DNA of 64,000 bases from Pseudobdellovibrionaceae bacterium (GTDB taxonomy: Bacteria; Bdellovibrionota; Bdellovibrionia; Bdellovibrionales; UBA1609): positions 1-64,000 of the forward strand of contig JAUVAX010000007.1 of NCBI GenBank assembly GCA_030591685.1. Direction: 5' to 3'. Position numbers and translations under genes: made by a program. This document shows, piece by piece, positions 1 through 7,096 of the stretch (positions are counted from its first letter, which is position 1; every line of letters starts with the position of its first letter). Under the pieces are notes generated by a model. The model was not told the origin of the DNA. It was given only the letters and a program-made list of their open reading frames with translations, and ran no database searches.

Positions 1-86
1 ACAACGAATATAGGCCCCATAGGTCTTTAAATATGAAAACACCAAATGAGTTTGCAAAACAGTATAAGGAGATGTTAATTAACTAA
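1..86 (+). CDS. C-terminal fragment of IS3-family transposase OrfB (5'-partial, not in ORF track)
   Basis: Frame from nt 3 reads (Y)NEYRPHRSLNMKTPNEFAKQYKEMLIN*, the YNxxRPHxSLxxxTP tail of IS3-type DDE integrase cores. Confidence 0.85.
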   Translation, partial: NEYRPHRSLNMKTPNEFAKQYKEMLIN

Positions 87-127
87 AAACCGAAATATCG
101 ACACCTGCAGTCAATGGGGTACGGTCA
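1..127 (+). mobile_element. Right end of an IS3-family insertion sequence (rest lies left of the window)
   Basis: Carries a transposase C-terminus and ends ...ATGGGGTACGGTCA at 127 (reverse complement TGACCGTACCCCAT), matching the 5'-TG...CA-3' termini of the IS3 family. Confidence 0.8.
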
Positions 128-226
128 ATGGCACTGTTTAGTTGTGCAATTAACAACGTCAGACATACTAATGCCCAGTTGAATAAACGCAGAAATAAGC
201 ATGAGTTTTATGAGTAATGAGTTCAT
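125..226 (-). pseudogene. Small protein with hydrophobic N-terminus, probably truncated by the IS
   Basis: AGGAGG RBS at 239-234, ATG at 226; MNSLLIKLMLISAFIQLGISMSDVVNCTTKQCH; its TGA stop is exactly the terminal 3 nt of the IS end. Confidence 0.6.
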
Positions 227-251
227 AGAATTTCCTCCTGTTAAATGTGAT

Positions 252-266
252 CCGCCATCATGGCGG
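252..266. promoter_or_regulatory. Perfect palindrome CCGCCAT-C-ATGGCGG, candidate operator
   Basis: 7-bp arms with 1-nt spacer, GC-rich in AT-rich context, just upstream of the small gene RBS. Confidence 0.4.
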
Positions 267-408
267 TAAATTAAAAAAAAGAGAAAAAAGAGAAAAAAGA
301 GGGACGGAGACACTCAGTCATAATCTCTCTATACAGCGTTAAAATGATTTTTTCTGTGTAATTTTAGCCCCTTACTGGATATCGAGATGACGTATTAATG
401 AAAATATT

Positions 409-469
409 TTTGCTCCGTCACCTTAATCTGTCACCTTAATCTTTAATCCTTTGCTCCGTCACCTTAATC
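409..469. repeat. Short direct repeat cluster TTTGCTCCGTCACCTTAATC
   Basis: Identical 20-mers at 409-428 and 450-469, partial TGTCACCTTAATC at 429-441. Confidence 0.85.
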
Positions 470-661
470 CTTATCAGAACAAATCAAAGAGCAAACGGGC
501 CAGCTTAGGTGTAAAAACTGGTAAATATTCCAAAAATTCACTTAGCCAGGTATGCTTTTGGGTATTTTATGCTATTTGTGACTATGAACTTATACCAGCA
601 CAACCGAATACTGTGTGGCCTAAATTATGCTTAACCTAAAAGTTTATGATTTGAGTTATTT

Positions 662-1132
662 ATGAAAAATACTGAATGTACCGTTTGCTGTAAAAACAAA
701 ACCGCCCTTCAATGCGACCAATGCTCTAGTGCTAGCTGCAAGCACTGTTGTTATTTTATCGATGAAAACTGTTTTGAGTTTCAATCCTTGCTACCTGAAG
801 AATTGCAGGGCAAAATATTTTGTCCGAATTGTTATCACGAGTCTATATCTGACAAGATAGAGCTCCTGCAAGAAACATTGAGGGCTGCCAAACAAATGGA
901 TATATACGGCAAAGAGCAAAGCGCCGAAACCCGACTCATTCGCAGACAAGCAAAGCTCCTGAGAATAAAAGACTGTGATGACCGCAAAGAAATTTTGATT
1001 CAACTGGCCTTCCTGGCCGCCCAACAAGGCTTCAATACTCTTGTTGATGTGGACCTTAGAAGTACAAAAGTTAACAACGGCTCTTATGTTAAAACCATTT
1101 GGTCAGGAACGGCGTCTCCAGTTAATAAATAA
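662..1132 (+). CDS. Hypothetical protein with Cys-rich putative Zn-binding N-terminal domain
   Basis: 156 aa; CTVC, CDQC, CKHC, CPNC pairs; C-terminus resembles YbjQ/heavy-metal-binding-like domains. Confidence 0.7.
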   Translation: MKNTECTVCCKNKTALQCDQCSSASCKHCCYFIDENCFEFQSLLPEELQGKIFCPNCYHESISDKIELLQETLRAAKQMDIYGKEQSAETRLIRRQAKLLRIKDCDDRKEILIQLAFLAAQQGFNTLVDVDLRSTKVNNGSYVKTIWSGTASPVNK

Positions 1133-1172
1133 AAAAAGGTAGACCGTAAAAAAAAGGTACTTAGCTAGAGGT

Positions 1173-1973
1173 CTAACGGTTTAGTGCTTCTCCGCAATCA
1201 TAGCAGTGTTTGGCTTCTTGGCGATGGTTTTCAGTGAAACACTTTGGGCAAGTTCTTGTGGATCCCATTTCAGAGATTGAGACTTTAGTCATCTCAGCAG
1301 ATACAATGCCTGTGGGAACAGCAATAATGGCATAACCACAAATCATAAGTAGTGTTGATAGGAATTGTCCGAGAGCTGTAATGGGCACAATGTCACCATA
1401 GCCGACAGTTGTCATAGTCACTACAGCCCAATACATAGACACGGGGATAGATGTAAAGCCGGCCTCAGCCCCTTCAACAAGATACATTAAAGCGCCCATC
1501 ACAAAGACCATAGTGACGACAGCGGTAAGGAATACGGAAATTTTTGGCCAACTTTGTATAATTGATCGGCGCAGAAAGTGGCTTGCGGCAGAGTGGTGAC
1601 TGAGTTTAAAGACCCTGAAGATCCTGAGAACCCTTAAGCCTCGAACTACGGTTAAACTTTGTGCCCCAGGTAAAACTAAACTGATGTAAAAGGGGAGAAT
1701 GGCGAGAAGATCAACAAGGCCAAAAAAGCTTTTGATGTAGTTGAGCCGGTAAGTCGCTACATAAACACGTACAAAATATTCAATGGTAAAAAGAGTTGTA
1801 AAAAATAATTCAAGATAAAATAAGAGTTCCTGGTGATTGGTTCTAACAGCATCAACAGACTCAAGAGTTGTTATTAATAAGCTTAAAACGATAGCGACAA
1901 TAAGACCTATGTCAAAAATTTTACCTGCCGTAGTTTCAGCTTCAAATATAATTAAGTAGAGTTTTTCACGCAT
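1173..1973 (-). CDS. Ion transporter / voltage-gated potassium channel protein
   Basis: TVGYGD selectivity filter, S4-like RGLRVLRIFRVFK, C-terminal CPKC...CYDC zinc ribbon. Confidence 0.92.
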   Translation of the reverse strand: MREKLYLIIFEAETTAGKIFDIGLIVAIVLSLLITTLESVDAVRTNHQELLFYLELFFTTLFTIEYFVRVYVATYRLNYIKSFFGLVDLLAILPFYISLVLPGAQSLTVVRGLRVLRIFRVFKLSHHSAASHFLRRSIIQSWPKISVFLTAVVTMVFVMGALMYLVEGAEAGFTSIPVSMYWAVVTMTTVGYGDIVPITALGQFLSTLLMICGYAIIAVPTGIVSAEMTKVSISEMGSTRTCPKCFTENHRQEAKHCYDCGEALNR

Positions 1974-2041
1974 AACAGTAGAATTGTAGCATGTGCTTAA
2001 GGATATGCTATGAAATGTTGAAAATACAGTTATGGAGAATG

Positions 2042-2053
2042 AAATGGCGGGGC
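2042..2053 (-). repeat. Degenerate copy of tRNA-Asp 3' end (att-like remnant)
   Basis: AAATGGCGGGGC identical to 2846-2857 over 12 bp, then diverges. Confidence 0.55.
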
Positions 2054-2114
2054 AGAGTGGGCGACTTTAGAGCCTATTGCCTTGAGTCAATTACCGCTGT
2101 ATAAATGACTGACT

Positions 2115-2570
2115 ATGCAAAAATCTAAATTAGTTCCAGCAAAAGAAAATGACTATGAGATATTAAAGAGTATTCATCATGTAACTTTAAAATCTCATGT
2201 CTCAAAAATTTGGGGTTGGGATGAAGAGTTTCAAAATGACTACTTTAAAGAAAACTTTGATCCAATAAACATTCAACTTATCTATCACAATGAAAACATT
2301 GCTGGGTACCTTCACTCCTGGCAGACTCCATCGAAAATTGCGTTGGTAAATATTCTTATTCTACCCGAATATCAAAATTTTGGAATTGGCTCCGAAATCA
2401 TTAAAAATCTTCAAAAAGAAGTACAAGAAGACTCTAAATCACTCGAACTTGGAGTTTTCAAAATCAATACTTCAGCCAAAAAACTTTATGAACGATTGGG
2501 GTTTAAGACTTTTGAAAAAACAGATACTCACTTTTTAATGAGATATAATTATGGCGAGAAAGTGCGATAG
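2115..2570 (+). CDS. GNAT family N-acetyltransferase
   Basis: ILPEYQNFGIGS acetyl-CoA binding motif A and NTSAKKLYERLGF motif B. Confidence 0.92.
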   Translation: MQKSKLVPAKENDYEILKSIHHVTLKSHVSKIWGWDEEFQNDYFKENFDPINIQLIYHNENIAGYLHSWQTPSKIALVNILILPEYQNFGIGSEIIKNLQKEVQEDSKSLELGVFKINTSAKKLYERLGFKTFEKTDTHFLMRYNYGEKVR

Positions 2571-2588
2571 TTCAAACGCCCTATTATG

Positions 2589-2601
2589 TAATCAATTGAT
2601 T
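2589..2601. promoter_or_regulatory. IHF-consensus-like site next to att-like repeat
   Basis: TAATCAATTGATT fits YAANNNNTTGATW; 13 bp from the tRNA 3'-end copy. Confidence 0.4.
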
Positions 2602-2614
2602 TTACTGTGGAAAG

Positions 2615-2636
2615 AAATGGCGGGGCGGACGGGACT
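2615..2636 (-). repeat. 22-bp direct repeat of tRNA-Asp 3' end (att-like)
   Basis: AAATGGCGGGGCGGACGGGACT identical to 2846-2867. Confidence 0.9.
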
Positions 2637-2783
2637 ACCCTTGCGGAGTTGGCTTCCGGCCAACTCCTGCGGGCGCACGGTTCAGTCGCTAAGTCAGCCG
2701 TCGTGGCTGACTTACCACGCTAAATGAGCCACTGGCTCATTCATCATGGCCGCTCAATCACTTCGAGTCCTGTCCACCCCGCA
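2618..2783 (-). other. GC-rich multi-hairpin element closed by tRNA-Asp-derived inverted repeat (candidate ncRNA or miniature mobile unit)
   Basis: Outer arms 2620-2636 and 2766-2782 complementary at 15/17; internal stems 2645-2667 (9 bp), 2690-2714 (10 bp), 2723-2741 (8 bp). Confidence 0.6.
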
Positions 2784-2848
2784 TGAAACTATATGCATGA
2801 ATGAAACTTGCTGCTTCTCAGTTTTTTGATTTTATTTCTGGATGAAAA

Positions 2849-2925
<77 letters not shown>

Positions 2926-2947
2926 ACGTGACAGTTATTGAATGAGC

Positions 2948-2976
2948 AATATAATGAGATCAAAGGGGAGACTCAA
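2948..2976 (-). promoter_or_regulatory. sigma70-type promoter for tRNA-Asp
   Basis: TTGAGT-17 bp-TATATT about 22 nt upstream of the tRNA 5' end. Confidence 0.6.
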
Positions 2977-3132
2977 TCTTTATTTTTGGTTTAATGGGCT
3001 TATTGCGCTGCGAGAAGGCATGGAGCCTATTAATTTGGCACTCGGTAGGGGGGCAAGGGGTGCTTTAAGGTGTAGAGCCCGGCCTTTGTTTAAAGAAATT
3101 AAATGAATTTTAGACTTCTCGTTAATGGGCAT

Positions 3133-3169
3133 AAAAAAAGGCAAATGATGTGAGCCATTTGCCTTTTTT
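3133..3169. terminator. Rho-independent terminator after tonB-like gene
   Basis: AAAAAAGGCAAATG/CATTTGCCTTTTTT inverted repeat with A/T tails on both sides. Confidence 0.85.
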
Positions 3170-3188
3170 AATATTTTAATAAGACCTT

Positions 3189-4592
3189 TTATAGATCCGT
3201 TGCCATAACCCCTTTAGATTTTGACCTTAATGTAAATTTAACCGGGTGATAGGTCCAACCACTTTGTCCGGGGTAAAACTTGTAAGTTCTAAAAGTTCTT
3301 AAAGCCACTTCATCAAACACTTTGTAGCCAGTTGTTTTAACGACTTGAGCATTTTTAACATAACCATCGTTTGTAACATAATACAAAACTAACCCCTTAC
3401 CTTGCCAACCTTGCTTACGCGCTTCGTAAGGGTAATAGGGCTTAGGGTTACCTGGTTGCTGTTTTAAGTCTTCAAAAGAGCGTGAGTTTTTAGGTAGGTT
3501 AACGCCATACTTACTTTCAGCTGACCGGGTACGTTGGGCCCTGATTCTTAAGCTGGCCTCTTGATTTTGTAACGCCCTACGAGCATTAGAGGCTCTTTTT
3601 GCAGCCAGTGCATTAATTCGTGCTCGGCCCTCAGCGGCTTCAACAGTTCTTCTTTTGGCATCAAGAGCTCTTTTGTGCTGTGCAATCTCTTGATTACCAG
3701 CCAATTGAGCTTTTAAAGCCGCCTGTCTAAGTGCCAATCGCTGCTGGTTATCAGCAAGGCGCTTGTTATAGGCTTCCTTTTTATGAAGGGCCGATTGCGA
3801 ATTTTTTAAAGCTCTCTCTTGTGCGAGGAGTACTTTTTGTTTATTTAAAAGCCCTCGCCTTACGATTTCGTACTCATCTTGGGCAATTTTTTGTAACTTT
3901 AGCTTATCCCGTTGCATAACTAATTGCTTTTCAGACGTCTCCAGTTGACGCTTGATTCTCTCCTGCTTACGGGCGTTAGATACTTTTAAGTTAAACGCCT
4001 CTTGTTTTAAACGAAACTCTCGTTGGGCGACCTCTACTTTTTGTCGACGGATGCGCTCGATTTTCTTTTTCTTCAGCTGACGCTTAAATTCTTTTTCATT
4101 TGCTATAAGTTGCTTTTTAGCCATGTAGATTTTTTTAAGCTCTGGATCTGTTGGGACCCCGTTAGCATCTATACGTGGTGCGGTTTTAGCTGTTCGACTA
4201 ATTTTATCAATAGACTTTTTTCGAGTGGTCTTCTTAATAAGGGCCGTTTTTTTAATAAGAGCCTTAGGCTCTTTGACACTCTTTTTAGGAGCCTTTTTTT
4301 GAGCCACCTTTACTTCAGCTGGGGCTGACTTTTTAGGCTTAGCGGTTTGAGTGGCCTCTTTTATATTAGAGTTCACTTCGTCTAAGCCCGGCAGGGTGTC
4401 ACCAGCCTGTACTGTAAATTCAACAACATCGTTTTCAACAATAAATTTTTGATGTGAGAAGAATATGAGCGCAACAACAGCCAGCGCGTGAATACTCCCT
4501 GAGATAATCATGGACTGAAAGGCCCGCTTGTCCTCTTTGGCTTTTAAGACTTTGTTTTTAGCAGACTCTATTAACTTCTTTATGCTCAACAC
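3189..4592 (-). CDS. TonB/TolA-family energy transducer with long basic coiled-coil linker
   Basis: TM anchor with SxxxH (SGSIH), K/R/Q/A-rich linker, TonB_C domain (PYYPYEARKQGWQG...). Start moved from 4643 to GTG 4592 because of the GTGAGG RBS at 4604-4599. Confidence 0.85.
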   Translation of the reverse strand: MLSIKKLIESAKNKVLKAKEDKRAFQSMIISGSIHALAVVALIFFSHQKFIVENDVVEFTVQAGDTLPGLDEVNSNIKEATQTAKPKKSAPAEVKVAQKKAPKKSVKEPKALIKKTALIKKTTRKKSIDKISRTAKTAPRIDANGVPTDPELKKIYMAKKQLIANEKEFKRQLKKKKIERIRRQKVEVAQREFRLKQEAFNLKVSNARKQERIKRQLETSEKQLVMQRDKLKLQKIAQDEYEIVRRGLLNKQKVLLAQERALKNSQSALHKKEAYNKRLADNQQRLALRQAALKAQLAGNQEIAQHKRALDAKRRTVEAAEGRARINALAAKRASNARRALQNQEASLRIRAQRTRSAESKYGVNLPKNSRSFEDLKQQPGNPKPYYPYEARKQGWQGKGLVLYYVTNDGYVKNAQVVKTTGYKVFDEVALRTFRTYKFYPGQSGWTYHPVKFTLRSKSKGVMATDL

Positions 4593-4639
4593 AGCAAACC
4601 TCACATGTATTTTTAGGGTTGTTCCTCTACTCAATCGAT

Positions 4640-4654
4640 GCAAACCATATGCCC
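4640..4654 (-). promoter_or_regulatory. sigma54-type -24/-12 promoter for tonB-like gene
   Basis: GGGCATATGGTTTGC, GG-N10-GC spacing with TTGC. Confidence 0.55.
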
Positions 4655-4858
4655 TGATGCGTTAAAAGTCAATGCTCCGCGTAATTATTTTATAAATACC
4701 TGTTATTACATGGTTTTTTCAAAATCACTAGAGTTAGGGGCTATGCAAAGGGAGACAACATAGGAGCTTCATTTTATGTAATTTATATAGGGATTTACCG
4801 TATTTTTTAAAAATTTTTCATAAATTAAGGCTCATCTTCAATAAAATCCACTTAATTG

Positions 4859-4873
4859 TGGCACTGTCGTTGC
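4859..4873 (+). promoter_or_regulatory. sigma54-type -24/-12 promoter for exbB operon
   Basis: TGGCACTGTCGTTGC matches TGGCAC-N5-TTGC, 63 bp upstream of the ATG. Confidence 0.75.
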
Positions 4874-4936
4874 TACGCATTGCGTTGTTGCTAAAAGTAT
4901 GCGATGTTGTGTTGCGTCAAAAAGGAGATATAAACG

Positions 4937-5560
4937 ATGAATCAAAGTTTTTTACTTATGGGTCAAACCGGACATGAAGTAACTCTATGGGTTTTAGTAG
5001 CCCTAAGTTTAATGAGTATATCTATTATTATAGAGCGTTTTTTAGCTTTTAGAGATCTTAAGAAAAACAGTGTAAAGGTCGCTAACAGAATAAAAGAGGT
5101 TTTAGTCACTAATGATAAGACAAAAATTGGCCAAGTGGCTGAGGATTGGAACTCACTAGAGGGTCGTGCACTTTCATACGGTATGCGCCACATCGAAGAA
5201 AACGGAGTCAACGGGCTAGACGAGATTTTCGACGTCTACACAAAAACCGAAAGACCTCGCTTAGAGAAGAATTTAAACTTTTTAGCCACCGTTGGTTCTA
5301 ATGCGCCTTTTATAGGTTTATTAGGGACCGTGTTTGGCATTATGCATGCCTTTCAGGCTTTGGCTGATGCTCAAGGTGACCCCAGTGTTGTTATGGTGGG
5401 TATTTCACAAGCCCTCGTTGCAACGGCTATTGGTCTAATGGTGGCCTTGCCGGCAGTGATTTCTTACAACTATTTTAGAAAGCAAGTTTCAAGTGTGCTT
5501 ATGAATTTAGAGAGCATTAGAGACCTTTGCTTAACTCATGCAAAAACAAAGAGGAGCTAA
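4937..5560 (+). CDS. MotA/TolQ/ExbB proton channel family protein
   Basis: LATVGSNAPFIGLLGTVFGIM and ISQALVATAIGLMVALPA motifs; AAGGAG RBS. Confidence 0.95.
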   Translation: MNQSFLLMGQTGHEVTLWVLVALSLMSISIIIERFLAFRDLKKNSVKVANRIKEVLVTNDKTKIGQVAEDWNSLEGRALSYGMRHIEENGVNGLDEIFDVYTKTERPRLEKNLNFLATVGSNAPFIGLLGTVFGIMHAFQALADAQGDPSVVMVGISQALVATAIGLMVALPAVISYNYFRKQVSSVLMNLESIRDLCLTHAKTKRS

Positions 5561-5564
5561 TATT

Positions 5565-5969
5565 ATGGCTGGCAGTATAAGTGATAACGATGAGTTGATG
5601 TCAGAGATCAACATAGTCCCCTTTGTTGATATTATATTAGTGGTTTTAATCACCTTTATGGTGGCGGCCCCCATGGTGGTACAAAACGCTATGGATATAA
5701 AGCTAACTAACTCATCATCGGCAGCAAAAAAAGTAACCTCAAAATTAAGTGTTGCTATTACAAATGAAGGTCAAATTTTGTTTAATGGCCGCGTAACAAC
5801 CGAGGGTGATGTGAGTATGTTAGTTGCTGAGTTTATGGATAAGAGCCCCGGTTCAAAGGCTATTATTTCAGCTGATAAAAATGTCCCACACGGTACAGTA
5901 GTTTCTATAATAGATGCTATAAAAGCCGGTGGAGTTGAGAATTTTGCAATTATGGTTGGTAAAAAGTAA
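5565..5969 (+). CDS. ExbD/TolR family protein
   Basis: EINIVPFVDIILVVLITFMV with conserved Asp; ADKNVPHG motif; start at ATG 5565 after GAGGAG. Confidence 0.95.
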   Translation: MAGSISDNDELMSEINIVPFVDIILVVLITFMVAAPMVVQNAMDIKLTNSSSAAKKVTSKLSVAITNEGQILFNGRVTTEGDVSMLVAEFMDKSPGSKAIISADKNVPHGTVVSIIDAIKAGGVENFAIMVGKK

Positions 5970-5990
5970 AGCGTATTAAGGAGAGCTAAA

Positions 5991-6944
5991 ATGAAAAAGT
6001 CGTTAATCATCTTTCTAATATCAGTGGGTACTAGTTTTGTATTCGCAGAAGATATTTTAGTCGAAGAGGTTTCAGTGAACGAAACCCAAGCAGGGGTACT
6101 AGGCCCAATTGGTGAGCTAGATAAAGAGTTAGCTCAGGCCGACAGTGCCGGTATTGAGGAGTCAAAAAAAGAAGGCTCACTTATACCCGAGCAGCCATCT
6201 ACAGAGGTTGTCGCTGAGCCCATTGATTTTTTCGCATCTGATGTTGTTAAAGATCAAAGGCAAGGTATTGAGTCTATGACTGAAGAGCAAATTGCTCAAA
6301 AGTTAGAGCAAGATAACCTTGATCGACAAAATGCTCTTTCGACAAACACTATGTCAGGGGAGTTTGTTCAAAAACCAGGCCAGTGGTACATGGCCGGACT
6401 TTTTGGCACAAGTGAGTACGACGCTAGTAATGTTGAAAGTGACAGTGCTATTGGTTTTGCCTTTGGTACAAAAGTTTTTAAAAACTATATTATTGAGGGT
6501 TCAGTGCTCTACTCAAAATTATTTTTAGAGGACACTGTGAGTAATTTTAACCCCGTATATGAAAAAATAGACCAATATAATATCGCCATGGCGATAAAAG
6601 TCCCTGTATTTGAAGGGCAAATATTTAATGGCCGTACGCAGCCTATTTTTGGAGTGATCGGCTCTTACACCCGTAGAAACTATAAGCCACAAAGCTACAA
6701 TGGTATTTTACCTTTAGGCCGAAAAGATGCGGCTACAAACACCTTTGATGTGGGCATTAGTGCTGGAGTTGACTTTAATTTAACTCAAAACTTTGCCTTA
6801 GGCTTTGACTATAAGTACATGTTTAACCTCACAGGCAGCCCCGATTCGACATTTTATAGCAATCGTTTTGGTGTAGACCGCTTAGATCCCCTTGAGGAGA
6901 AAAGCTACACTCAGTTATCAGTGAGCGGTAAGTTTAAATTTTAG
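5991..6944 (+). CDS. Outer-membrane beta-barrel protein with acidic N-terminal extension
   Basis: Signal peptide, amphipathic beta strands, C-terminal aromatic signature GKFKF. Confidence 0.8.
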   Translation: MKKSLIIFLISVGTSFVFAEDILVEEVSVNETQAGVLGPIGELDKELAQADSAGIEESKKEGSLIPEQPSTEVVAEPIDFFASDVVKDQRQGIESMTEEQIAQKLEQDNLDRQNALSTNTMSGEFVQKPGQWYMAGLFGTSEYDASNVESDSAIGFAFGTKVFKNYIIEGSVLYSKLFLEDTVSNFNPVYEKIDQYNIAMAIKVPVFEGQIFNGRTQPIFGVIGSYTRRNYKPQSYNGILPLGRKDAATNTFDVGISAGVDFNLTQNFALGFDYKYMFNLTGSPDSTFYSNRFGVDRLDPLEEKSYTQLSVSGKFKF

Positions 6945-6982
6945 ACCTGTGAGTCAAACCCTTAATACGCTTTAGTTTATAT

Positions 6983-7011
6983 GAGCCTCCAATTTTTTGG
7001 GGGCTTTTTTT
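6983..7011 (+). terminator. Rho-independent terminator
   Basis: AGCCTCCAA/TTGGGGGCT stem followed by T-run. Confidence 0.75.
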
Positions 7012-7096
7012 ATACCTAAACCCCTCCTGTAAAAAGAGGGGTTTAATAAAAGAATAAGGGTTGAAGTTCGGTTTAAATCGACCTAGTGTAACCCCC

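Noticed and set aside
125..127. TGA as selenocysteine or readthrough codon in the small gene
   Set aside because: The TGA is explained by the IS terminus, and the downstream sequence is IS DNA.
227..313. N-terminal extension of ORF 125..313 (MSPSLFFLFFLFF...)
   Set aside because: It is the translation of a GAAAAAAGA tandem repeat; the strong RBS points to ATG 226.
409..469. Possible mini-CRISPR array
   Set aside because: Only two 20-bp copies; the 21-bp interval is itself made of repeat fragments; no cas genes.
451..639. 62-aa ORF
   Set aside because: Starts inside the repeat, has no RBS and no recognisable motif.
2551..2580. Third degenerate att-like copy at the end of the GNAT gene (ATGGCGAGAAAGTGCG...)
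   Set aside because: Only 6 bp identical to the tRNA end; not distinguishable from chance.
2618..2783. Calling the hairpin element a tmRNA, second tRNA or simple terminator
   Set aside because: Too short for tmRNA and lacks an Ala-type acceptor; no D or anticodon arm; no U-tract after the internal stems. Kept as an unclassified finding.
3036..3050. TGGCAC as a sigma54 promoter
   Set aside because: No GC at the -12 position and no downstream gene on that strand.
4593..4643. ORF-track start of the tonB-like gene at TTG 4643
   Set aside because: That TTG lies within the -12 element of the predicted promoter; a better RBS precedes GTG 4592.
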